Below, piece by piece: positions 13,797 to 25,900 of a stretch of DNA of 64,000 nt. Under the pieces are notes generated by a model. That model was not told the DNA's origin. It saw only the letters and a list, made by a program, of their open reading frames with translations, and made no database searches. The stretch comes from Phoronis australis (Eukaryota; Animalia; Phoronida): positions 278,350 to 342,349 of the forward strand of contig NMRA01000374.1 in the NCBI GenBank assembly GCA_002633005.1, read 5' to 3'. Both the position numbers and the translations under genes were made by a program. How positions within the stretch are numbered: position 1 is the stretch's first letter; each line of letters opens with the position of its first letter.

Positions 13797-13950
13797 AATG
13801 GTGGATTCAGAGGGCGGCTAAGGGGGCCATGGCCCCGGCCCCCTTAAAATTCTACAAGATTCCATTTGGCAGTTGGGGGGTGAATGTCTGACGGGCAAAA
13901 CCCTACCTAATACTCTGCCCTAGCCCCCACTCAAAATCCTGGATCCGCCC
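13797..13950. mobile_element. Short GC-rich MITE
   Basis: Ends GGTGGATTCAG...CTGGATCCGCCC form imperfect inverted repeats around GGGGGCCATGGCCCC. Confidence 0.45.
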
Positions 13951-14851
13951 GACCGCCCGTGATCTTTACGTAGATAACATTCCCTGTAAACGGGTTATGC
14001 CTGGATTCTTAAGAAGCTATCATATACTGTTATGTTTGCTCATATCTCATTGTTTTCAGGTCTCTATTAACTTGGTGGAGTACTTAGAAGAACATCCAAA
14101 CATTTGCATCAAACAATCACCCAGGGGTGGTATTGGGCTGTTTACATCCACATGGCAGGTAGAGTTTCATACGTTTTATTGTTTAGTTAAAAATAGTGCT
14201 GCTATCAGAGTTTGAATTTGAAACAATATGAAATATGTCCTTGGTTTAGCCAATGTGCGTATAAGCTTTAACAAGCTCACAGATTCTTGTAGCCATTTGG
14301 TCGAGTCAATGTAAATCTTCTTGGCTTTGCTATAAGTTCCAACAAGTACACGTAAAAGTATACATGTGAGATTCAACTTTCAGTTCTTACCCCGGTTGTG
14401 CCTGTATGTCCATGTAACATTACTAAGGAGACATTTCAGTTCTATGCTGGAGACAGCTAGTTAGATTACAATTAGCTCTGCCCAGTATGTAGGGTTGTGC
14501 ATTGTCTTATCTGACTAATCAAATAAACAATGAAAAGTTCATAAAAATAATGGTAATAGTAGTTTATTGCAGTTGCCAACAGTTTCATCATCTGATAATA
14601 ATATTGCTTAATTCGTCATAAAACTTGAAATAAAAAGTAACAGAATGCCTTACCTGGTTAGCCTGAAGTCCAACGCTTATTAACTCATTAAAGGAGAATG
14701 TCACCCGATTTAATTAGTCCTTTTTACCGTCTTAATCGGTCTATATCCACATCGCCACTTATACGGTCGACCTCACCTTGCCGAGAGGTGTCGCGTTAAC
14801 CTGTGAGGAAGGTGAGAAACGATGCAGTGACGTCAGTGGTTCGTCTGCAGA

Positions 14852-15148
14852 GTGAATACCGCTACATTGCGGTGCATCGTTCCCGCTTGTCCGAACTACG
14901 ACCCTGAGAAGAAAGCGGGCGTATTGTTTTACGACTTCCTCGAGAGCCCTATACTTAGGAAGTGGCTCGCGGTAGTGAAGAATGAAAAGTACGCTGTTAA
15001 CAGCAAATATGAGGCCGTGAAACATTTCCGTGTCTGTTGCCGGCATTTCGTCGATACTGATTTCTCTGACGAATTCCGGTTTACCAAAGAACTATCCATA
15101 CGTTCCGTTGCCTGTGCATGTTCACGGCTCCTCTCTAGTATTTCTTGA
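14852..15148 (+). pseudogene. THAP zinc-finger domain remnant
   Basis: C-x4-C ... W ... C-x2-H-F. The ATG is lost in this copy but retained in copy 2 at 21325 (MVWCVVPACSN). Confidence 0.75.
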
Positions 15149-16181
15149 TCAGTGTATTCCGGTTCGAACTGATAGCATGTGAAACCTAACGATCCGACCT
15201 GTGAAGTCTTCGTCGGATGAGCTCTTGACTAAGTCGGGATTGGCGCCGGGCGAGTTGCCATGTAGACGTATATTATTCTGGGTTCTGTTTCAAAATGAAT
15301 TAATCTCACACTAACCAATGCTTATATAAAACCGAAACAAAGTCTGTCTCATTAAACACAATTTGTAATGCCTTTGCAGTATTCGTGAGTGCAAATGTTG
15401 AGAAGCCAGCAATGAATAAACCACTGCATGCGTTACCGGCTTTAGATGCCGGCAATAAAGGTAATTGACCGGGCACCGAGACCGTGTGAGCGCATTCTAA
15501 TTCAGTGTTTGCTGACAGAAAGTAGTTGTGAAACAATTACTCGATTTTATATGCTATGGTCACATATTAAGGGAATCTTAATTTAGAAATACAAATGCAT
15601 TATTCCAATCATTGTTACTGTACAACCTTTGCCCTGACGGCCTGTGGAAGGGGAACCCGACTTCGCGGCCCCCGACAAGTAAGTAGATTTTCAGTTTCGT
15701 GGCTAATTCACATAAATAATTACGTGCAAATTATTTCTTTGGCTCACTATTATAATATTTTCGTGACTGGAGGTTTATGTTCGTGCCAGTCCCGGCGGCC
15801 GCGACGGGCCTGATCGGGTTCCGAGCCACTGGCCGGGATAGTCAGTCCGGCCGCGACGGTCCTGGATCGGATTCCCAGCCATTGGCCGTGATAACAAGCG
15901 TTTTGTGCGTTTAGAACTAAAAAATCACAAGTCTTAACAACACAGATCTAGGTTCTTCTGTCTGCATTTCACGGAAGAATACTTCTAATTTATCTCCGAA
16001 CAGACCCCAAATTCCTGCTACGGACCTTGGTAAATTGGCCTGCCAATAAGGCTACGGTGTGTCCAAATACCATTAAATCCGTAACAGCGAAATAAAACAA
16101 CACGTTTTTATAAGAACTCGGTGTATTTTTAAGGGTTTTACATCGAAGTTTGATGATTTATAGGTGAATTCAAGCGATAAG

Positions 16182-16399
16182 CATGGGCGCGCACCATAGG
16201 GAGCTGGGGGCTAAAGCCATCCACTTTTTTCAGTGCTACGCTGTACATGGTCTATAGGCGATGAACCACAGGGGGGCTGAGGGGGTTTTAGCCCCCCAAT
16301 TTTTTCAGTGCTACGCCGCACATAGTCTATAAGCGGTGCACCACAAGGGAGCTGAGGCGGCTTTAGCCCCCCGCTTTTTTCAGTGCTGCGCCGCCCCTG
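16182..16399. mobile_element. Small GC-rich MITE nested in Kolobok copy 1
   Basis: CATGGGCG...CGCCCCTG ends and three ~70-bp internal repeats; absent from copy 2 (empty site GATAAGCTGACACC at ~22049). Confidence 0.7.
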
Positions 16400-17154
16400 A
16401 CACCAGTAACCTGTGTTGTGAACTGCTGAACAGACTGCGTGAGAAACCACTGACGTCATTGGATAATTTCAATACCTCCGTCTGCCGTCAGAGGTCAGGT
16501 AACGCAACCGTACGTGGCGTTATCGAGTAGAACTACTCGTTCTAAATTGATACAATATGTTATTTTGGGGGCATTCTCCTTTAAGTTTTGTCATATACAC
16601 GGTTTGCTCTAGATTGTGATAGCATGGTAGGTGACCATGTGCATATTTTGTATTCAAGTTGTGTATAATAAAATTGTTTTGAATGTCGTGAATCCAGGAT
16701 TAAAACTCCATTCAAAACACTAAGTGGAAAATTGACCCACTGCAGTGCATGCTTGGAGTAAACTTGCAGACTAGTGTTGCACTTGAATCCTGGAGAGTGA
16801 TTGGTTAAGTTTTGAGGCTCTGTATATAAGTCAGTAAGTTTTACATATCAGTGTTGTATAAACAGCACGATAAATATCCAGTAAGTTAAGTTGTCTTATA
16901 CTGATAGCTTTTACCCGTCTGTTATTGAATTTTGTTGTCTTTATTGCAGAGTGTGTCTTCAACAATCGTTGGATAATAAAGGCTACCCAGACAACACAAC
17001 GTACGCACTTATGAACTGCAGATCATGAACCTATGAATTCAGTTATCTGAGCTCAGAAACGCGCGTTTATAGTCACAAAACATGGATTATTTGCCTGTGA
17101 AGCTAAGCGAGCAGATCCAACTAAACAAGATTAAGTGGTTTGTGGTCTAGAATA

Positions 17155-18763
17155 GGGCCTTTTCACATTGACCTAACTCCTGTCTGAGCGGAGCGTTGAC
17201 GTATACTGCGAAGTTAACTGGACCGTTCGTTCTGGCTTCGGTAATTAATAAACTTCGAAGTAAACAGTAGGTGACGCTGTCGTGATTGAAGGTATCGCAA
17301 GGTAGTGCTGCACGCTAAGATGTGACAATTTGGGAACATTTACGTGTGTTTATTGACATAAAAATTATTACTTGGCGAAATAAATTTCGCCAAGTATGTT
17401 GCTCTTCCACTAAGTTTTTTTTTGTTTATTCGCACGATACAGGTCGCAATTTTCGTCCGATCATCACGAAATTTACACATAACACGTACTTCCGGAAATA
17501 CTGGAAGCCTATTGTTTTTCGTCAAAATCGGATCCAAGATGGCGGCTGTGGCGGCCATTTTGTTTCCATTTAAAGGTTCAAATGCTTATGGAGGCTACAA
17601 TTTTTTACGGAAAAGGCTAAGAATCGGCACAGTAAATGGACCGGAAGTTTGCTACAAGTATGCCGGAAATTGTTTACTTCCGGTTAAAGATGGCGGAAAT
17701 ATCGGCGATTGCGCATNCATGCTATTATACAAAACCAAAAAACCGGAAGTTGCTTTCAAGATGGCGGATCTGGCGCATGTTGACCCATTTTCAGTCGTGC
17801 TGGAGTGCGATTTTAAACGGGAAGAGAAAAAGACGTGATTTTTTGCATGTGGATTCTTTGAAGTATGTTCTTTCAAATGGCCTGTAACAATTTTTTTCTC
17901 AGACTTACCGTTTTCGAGTTATTTGACTTTGAATTTCTTTAAAAAAACGCAAAATTTCATTTTTTTCGAAAAATTTACGGAATTAGGCGATACCATCAGT
18001 TTAGATAGAATTTTGAACGGGCTTTCAGAAGATGGTTTCCATTCTTCGCTAGGACGTCTACTTTTGGAGTTATTTGAGATTTTCTGATAACGCTGTTCCT
18101 TTGTTGAGCGCTCTTGCTGCATTGATGTTGGTTTATCTTCTATTGAAGTAGACTGTAGCCTATTTCTTATTGATTTATGACATCTAAGTTCGTCATATGA
18201 ATGTTGTGATGTTGTTCATCATCCCCACCACCATCATCATATTCGTCATCATCGTCATCATCTTCGTCATCATCTCCGTCGTTGTCTTTTCCGTTAATTT
18301 CGCCAAGTGTCGCACTAGACTATAGCCTTTTTCTTACTGATTTCGGACTTCTACGTTCGTCATGTGTATGTTATTGTTACTTCATTTGTTCATCCTCGCC
18401 ACCATCGTCGTCATATTCGTCATCTTCGTCATCATCTTTATCGTCATCTTTTTGGTTAATTTCGCCAAGTTTCGCTCCTCAGAGCGCTTTCATTTTTAAA
18501 TCGATTGGTGATTATTAGAGCAAGATATAAGCAACTATTGATGACCACACTTCTCTGATATCAGTGGCCCTTGGCAATAACTTCGATAGGACCGAAGTTG
18601 ATCGTTCATACTGCACCGCAACGTTGACGCTAAGCACTTAGATCCACCTGTTTAATGCGATGTTAACTGGCGCTGTTAACTTCGATCCAGGACCGAAGTT
18701 AAGCATTCATACTGACAGTAACTCCCAAAAACATTGATGCGTGGATGTTAGTATGAAAGTCCC
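17155..18763. mobile_element. MITE (GG..CC termini, PIF/Harbinger-like) interrupted by a HINE-like insertion
   Basis: TA|GGGCCTTTTCACA...TATGAAAGTCCC|TA; homologous to the uninterrupted copy at 22509-22968. Confidence 0.7.
17370..18493 (+). mobile_element. Helentron-associated (HINE/DINE-1-like) element
   Basis: 5' palindrome ACTTGGCGAAAT-aa-ATTTCGCCAAGT. The 3' subterminal repeat ATTTCGCCAAGT is followed by hairpin CGCTC-ctca-GAGCG. Internal (TCA/TCG)n tract; inserted into a T-run. Confidence 0.7.
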
Positions 18764-21152
18764 TATAGATATGTATGAAGTTCAGTAGATTTAAATTAAA
18801 GGAAAAAGAATAACTTTGTGGTCAGAGGTCTAAGATTTTTAAATTTCACTTATGTTCACTTATTTTAAGGAACTAGTTGATAATTCATCAGTATTCCTAC
18901 TTCATATCATATTAAAATGCAAGTGCGTACACATTTTAAGACATGCGGGCAATTTTGAATGCACATGAAATCTGACTACCGTTTCTAGATGTGCTGGCCA
19001 GCTGGAGACGGTGGTCACTGTCTACATAAAATCCAAGCAAAGTGTTTTAGTGCCCGGGCGTTGTTTTCGGTACAGGTGCATCTAATAACCGAAATATCGT
19101 TTATTTTAGCATGTAACAGTTTAAAGATCACATCTGAGTTTGAAAGTTTAGATATTTTCGGAGCTGAAATAGAGCGAATGCTTCCTGATATACAGATGAC
19201 CTTATGTCAATAACTTAACATTTATCTTGAAACACCTGATTTTACAATGTATTGTATCAAGACTAGTGATGTCTTTCATCCAGTCAGATAGGTCAAAAGG
19301 GAAAACAGAACCAGAATCAGACTAAATCTTTGTAAATTAGATAACAACATAATTTCAAGTTTTTGAAGATGTAAACTGTCATCTAAAGATTTTGAACAAG
19401 AAGGTTCAATCCCACATGTAGGCAACCGATTACACAATGATGCAACGTGACATAAAATACTAGAGTAAAAATGGCTTGTGCTGCTTATGCTAAAATTTTG
19501 TAATGAGTTGAGCTTACCATTCGTTCTGCTGTGAAGTCGCAAACACGTAATGTGGAGCACTGAATGCCCCAGTATGCACTATCACACTTTCCAGTTCTCG
19601 GCTTTCGCCAAATGCTTCAAGTATATCTGGAGGCTTAGATTTCTGCAAACAACGTGCTTTACATGAGCCACACTTTTTTGACAAACAGGGTGCAACAGAA
19701 AATATGATTTCATCTTAAGTGTTAGAAGAAATATTGATTATAGGTAATTAGCTCATATAGAACCCTTTCAAGTTGTCCAAAACTTGCGCATGTGTACTTG
19801 TAAATCATGGGCTCTAAGTTGTTGATATGTATTTTAAGGCCAAGATCTATTTTTACATGACATTTACTACTTTGGTTTTGGTGTCAAAGGAAATACTTTA
19901 TAGATTCTAGAAATTTCTAAGAGCAAATTGTAAGAGCCACCGATATGTTTTTTTTTTATTAAATATGTGCACAAGGACTTAAAGTGGTGACGTCATTAGA
20001 CGTACCCAGGCTTGCAAATGAACTAGTCACAATTCCTCACCAATTTCTGGAGCAACACCTGTTGAGATTTTGCAACATTTTGCCATACTTCAAACAGATA
20101 CTAGTCAAAACAGATAGTATATTACCGTATTTCTGCGTCATTAATCCTTCTCCTAATATGGCATGTTCTCCATTTTACTATTTAAACAACTGTACACCTC
20201 ACTCACCTCTGTGTTATCACCGATGGATCCTGTAGGGGTATTTCGAAGGATCAAGCATTCGGGAGTCTTAATTACTCGAGACTGTCGTACAACACCACTC
20301 TCCTAAAGGAACATCCAAAGAGAACAGCACTAATATCAAAATAGTTATGAATATGAATTTGGGTACATGCATTAAGTACAATACAGATCCTTAGGCATAA
20401 GAACCTTGTAATTGCAGATTTCCTTTCATCTTTAGTGAAAAATGATCACAAAATGAGTTTTCCCATCATGAGGTTGTTAATCTTGCCAACATAACGATAA
20501 ATCGTCGTGAGAGACCGTCCGGAGTTGGTGTATGGAGCAACTGCGGACGGTCTGGGGTCAACAAAAAACCACAGTTCAAGTGTGAGTGTACACCAATGTG
20601 ATTAACGAGAGTAGTTGTACTTGCTGCGTCAGCTGCAGGTATGCTTATCTCTTTTATGACACACAATGTGTGATCAGGCAAAGTGTTTTCAAAAATAATG
20701 TGGACAAATGAGCGGAGTGTGAAACCCCTGAGGTCCATGTCAAGTCCTCACGACAATTCTACGTTATGAGGTTTGGTTATAGGTCTCTCAAACTTGGTGG
20801 AAACCCGAGGATAACCCCGCACATGCAATGCATGTGACCACAGACTTTTGTGTGATGCGAAAGGTAGATATATCTGCACTGTCATGAATCTCCTGAGCTG
20901 CGAAAAGTGCATACGTTTAATAGATCTAAAAATAAGACGCGTACCAAATGTTCAGGAGCCACAAGGTCAGCAAGAGCATCTTCCAGTTTCACTTGTTGCA
21001 AGTGAGATAAATCCAACACAAAATCTATTCATTTGGTAAGGAACCATAAATTATGTATTTGCTGATGATAATTTTGAAATAGACATACTTTGTTTGCAGT
21101 AAGAAAGTATGTATTCTCCTGTTATTTCCCGGTTAACGCCATGCGCACTTAA

Positions 21153-22243
21153 AGGCTAATGCCACCCGATTTAATTAGTCTTTTTTACCGTCTTAATCGG
21201 TCTGGGGCCACATCGGCTCGTACACGGTCGACCTTACCTTGCCGAGAGGTGTCGCGTTAGCCTGTGAGGAAGGTGAGAAAGTCCGCAGCGACGTCAGTGG
21301 TTCGTATGCAGAGTGAATTCCGCCATGGTGTGGTGTGTCGTTCCTGCCTGTTCGAACTATGAAGNCGTGTGAGCGCAAGCTAATTCAGTGTTTGCTGACA
21401 GAATCTGTTGTGAAACAATAACTCGATATTCCATCCCACGGCCAGGTGTTAGGGGAATCTTTATTTACTTATACATTATTCCAAATAATGATTGTCAATG
21501 TACAACTTCTGCCCTGGCGGTTCTGTGGCCAAACGGGAACCTGAATTCACGGCCCCCGACGAGTAGGCCTTAGTAGATTTGCAGTTTCGTGGCTTCAGCA
21601 AAATAATCACGTGCACATTACTTCTTTAGCTCACTAGTATAGTATTTTCTTGACTTCAAGCTTAGTTTCCAACTTTGGCTGGTTAATGTTCGTGATGTCT
21701 TCAGTCCGGTCGCGACGGGCCTGATTGGGTTCCGAGACACTGGCCGGGATAACAAGCGTTTTTTTGTGTTTAGAACTAAAAAACACAAGTCTAAACAACA
21801 CAGATCTAGGTCCTACTGTCTGTATTTCACGGAACAATACTTAGAATTTATCTCCGAACAGAACACGAACTCCTGCTACGGACCTTGGTAAATTGGACTG
21901 CCGAAATTTGTTGGCTACGGTGTATCCAAATACAAATAAATCCGTAACAGTGATATAAGACAACACGTTTTTATAAGAACTCGGTGTATTTTTAAGGGTT
22001 TTACATCGAAGTTTGATCATTTATTGGTGTCAAACGATGAATTCAAGCGATAAGCTGACACCAGTTACCCGTGTTGTGAACTGCTGAACAGACTGCGTGT
22101 GAAACCGATGACGTCAGTGGAAAATTTCATCATCTCCGTCTGCCGTCAGGTGTCAGGTAACGCAACCGTACGTGCCGCTATCGAGGAGAACTACTCGATC
22201 TAAATTGATACAAATTAGGTTGTTTTTTGGGTGGCATGCTCCT
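21153..22243 (+). mobile_element. Second Kolobok-like element (internally deleted)
   Basis: TTAA|AGGCTAATGCCACCC...GGGTGGCATGCTCCT|TTAA; collinear with 14692-16580 but lacks most of the THAP region. Confidence 0.8.
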
Positions 22244-22508
22244 TTAAATTGGAAAACGTAGGGGTTGGCAACTGTTTGGAAACGGGCGCTTAAATGTGAA
22301 ATACTCAAAAATAGCACCTGGACGATTCCCTGAACATTGGTGCTTTAATCCGATGAGACCAATCCGGGATATTACCCAAGGGGTCCTTATTTTTTAGTAT
22401 TGTATATAGGTTTACTCATTCATCTATACACGTACTTACATATATACGTACATAACAACCAACGAGGATTCAATTAATTATCAAATGTTGAAGATTGCAA
22501 ACTTTTTA

Positions 22509-22968
22509 GGCTCTTTCATATTGACTTGACTCCGGTCTGAGCGGAGTGTTGACGTAAAAAGTGCAGTTAACTGGACTGTTCATACTGGCTTCGGTAGTTA
22601 ATGGACATCAAAGTATGCAGTTGTGTGCCCCTGTCGTCATGGAAGTTATCGCAAGGTAGCGTTGCACGATGAGATTTTTTTCAATTTGGAAATATATACA
22701 TATGCTAAATGACATTAAAGTTATTTTTAAATCGATTGGTCATTACTAGAGCAAAATATAAGCAGGTATTAGTGATGGCACTGCCTTGTAACTGTTGACG
22801 ATAACAGTGGCACCTGGCGATAGCTTCGATTGGACCGGAGTTAAGCGTGAGCAGCGTCCCCCTGTTAACTGCAATGTTAATTGGAGCTGTTAACTGCGAT
22901 CCAGGACTGGAGTTGATTGTTCATACTAACCGCAACTCCCCAAGCCATCACCATTAGTATGAAAGGCC
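22509..22968. mobile_element. MITE, uninterrupted copy of the 17155-18763 family
   Basis: TA|GGCTCTTTCATA...TATGAAAGGCC|TA; internal sequence matches both halves of copy 1. Confidence 0.7.
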
Positions 22969-25900
22969 TACAAGCTTAATAAATAACACACTAAACGTTG
23001 CGTTAACAACAAAACACAAACTCCTACCACTGTGTCAGATTTTGTGTAATCACGGTGTTATAGTGTTAAATCGAGGTAATACTAAACCTGGCCTCAATTC
23101 TTAGTGTTGCCTAAATGTGAGCCTGATAAAAGGATACTACTATTCTGGATAGATCTGGATGAACCATCTGTCATTTGTTCTGTCACAGATATTTGAACTT
23201 CTTGGTCTTTTATGGCAGCAATCGCATCATCCATATGAGAATGCTAAGGGGGGTAAAACAAATTATGAACGTGTGCATTACTCGGCAACCAAATTTACAG
23301 TCTATCAGTCCAGAATGGCATCTACACCGATTAACTGTTCGAACAAAATTTCTACTTCACTTCTGAGTACATGAAAGTATACCATAACTCCAAAGATTAA
23401 CATGGAACTGTTAACACAAAACGCAGTTATAACAAAGCAAGCTCAAATTCAAAAACCAATGGAATATAGTAGTTGACATTTAACCTGAAGTTCCGTAGAT
23501 ATGACTTCAAGGAGAGAATTCAAAAATTCCAAAGCATCAGCCTGGCATCCTTCTTGATATCCACACTTTTCAAGTACCTTCACAGCAAACCTTCGAATAA
23601 GATTCTGGAAAACAACATATCAAATGACGTATTTCAAAGTGTCATGAAGTTGCAACATTGCCGGTCAATGTGTACTGGGTGGACACTAATAAATTGTCTT
23701 ACATCGTTAAAGTTCACATTTTTGTATGGTTAAATCTTACTAATGACAGACAAAAGTCAATGCAAAATTGCCCATTTTTCATTATTCACTATTGCAACAA
23801 ACTTACCCAATCTTTGTTGTAACGTGCCAGGATAACCACAGACATTAAGTTGTACAGACATTCAAGGCCATCATGACTTGCGAGGGAGAGTTCATCAAAA
23901 CACGGCAAGCTTTGAAACAGACACACCACTGCTGATAAGAAGCAGGTGTTTCCAACCGACGGAACTGGAATAACTAGGAAAAAAAACATCTCTTGAACAT
24001 ATGGACCTGGAATAAATTTTATAAAAAGAAATTGATTTCTATTTTGTTTTCCTGTTTTAATCTAAATACTGGCAAGGTTGAGTGTTTGCCACCAATGTAT
24101 GTTGTAAATGAGAAGTTGCTACTCTGGCCTTTTCAGTTCGGACATGTAAGACTAAAGTTCTCCTAATGACAATACATTACAATGAAACTTCAATTTACCT
24201 CTTCCAGGAATTGTGTCATTTTGATCATCATCACCATCATGGGGTTTACCAACATGCACCTGAGCAATAAAAGACAATAATTATTGCACTGTATTAATTT
24301 GTTTAATTGATTAATACATAATGCGATATAACTTATAGATGCTATGAAACTAGACAAGCACTTGTTTGCATGAAGGAATGCTGTGAACCGTTTTCTTCTG
24401 TCCATGGAGCAATGACGAATGTTAAAATGTGCTATAACAAGTAGTTGTAGTTCTTTGGGAGCAATTTGTGTATTTGTGTATTTTCTTCAAACCAGAGATT
24501 TCAACAATACGGATAACTGTTGCCGATACTGATGTGTTAATAGAAATTTATTCATGCCATTCACAAAAGAGCGTGGTCAATAAAAAGTAATCGAGGATGA
24601 TCACTTGAGCAAGTCATAGCCATGGCATTATTTTACATGTTAGCATAGCAATAAAGCTGCTAATGAAAAATGTTACTAATTATGATGTGTTTCTTTGCAA
24701 TCACAACATTTATGCCTCCTTGCTTTTAGAGTGTTTTAACAGAGAGCGCAATTTGGCTATGCAGTGTGCTGTCATATAAAAGTATCTTGAAAAAATAGAT
24801 TTTGGTAGTTTTTTCTGTGTAATTGCCTTTAGTGTTACATCAAATGTATCTATAATGGAGACACTGCTATTTTGAAAGTTCACTCTCATTTTTCAAGGTT
24901 TCTACATCGATTTTGTAGCTATAAAACCAGAGTCATTTTGGACACCCCATATATTGACAAATCAATTTGTTTTATCTATTGTAGAGGGTTTCTATGAAAT
25001 GCACTGTCCTACACCGCTAAGGCTAAAAGTCTTTTAAGCATTACACTACTGAGTCAATAAGTAGGTAGCAATTTAGGACTTTCAGCAGGCAAAGTAAGCA
25101 AACCAAAAAATTTGTCAGAAAATGGATGCATTTCGAAACACTTTTGAGAAGTTGCTGCAGTTAATGGTGAACCATGGCAAGATACTTCAAAGTTGTGTCT
25201 CACCTCACTATCCTCAATATCAAGCTGAGGCTGTGGGGATTGACAGGATAATTCAGAGTTGCACCCAACTGCAGTATCTTCACTAGCAAGCTGTGGCTGC
25301 AGGGATTCAACCTGAAATAAGTACAAACAAGAAATGGCAGTTAGGGTGAATATACAATTGAATGGTTGATTTTATGATGTAGTTGATGATTAATACAGAG
25401 GTTGTACTATGTGGTCTTTAGATGGAGATGACAGCACTACATAAAGTCTTTGCAACATAGAAAATCTTTATTTCCACATAAAAGACTCATGAGCTGGGCA
25501 TGTTGAAGTCTTTTTGGAGCTCCAAATCCATCTCCTTGCCACAAGAACACTGGTGTATTACTGCTGGCAATTAAAGTGGTAGCAAGTACAAGCATACTTA
25601 TTCATACACTTATTTATTATATGAAACAATTTCAGGGTTTTTGCTCAGCTTCAAGTTGGTGCCTTGTGTTAGTGGATTTTTACCTCAGTGGCCTCTCCTT
25701 GTTGCAAAGGTCCAAACTAAAAAAAGAAAAGAAAATGCATTACTTCCGCATGATCCAAATACTTAAAAAAAGTGACATGTACAAAATAGCCACGGAAATA
25801 AAAATATATTTGGTGACTGACTCATAAACACCTCTCAATGATTGTTATGAATGGCAAGAAAGGTACATGATTCAAGTTGTTTGTTGTGGAAAGTGAGAGC

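Larger units (their letters stand above)
14692..16580 (+). mobile_element. Kolobok-like non-autonomous DNA transposon carrying a THAP-domain remnant
   Basis: TTAA|AGGAGAATG...CATTCTCCT|TTAA (TIR plus TTAA TSD). ORF 14852-15148 reads CIVPAC...FYDFL...W...RVCCRHF, a THAP C2CH signature. Confidence 0.8.

Noticed and set aside
14059-14158. Exon-like plus-strand segment with AG/GT flanks
   Set aside because: No recognisable protein motif or partner exons.
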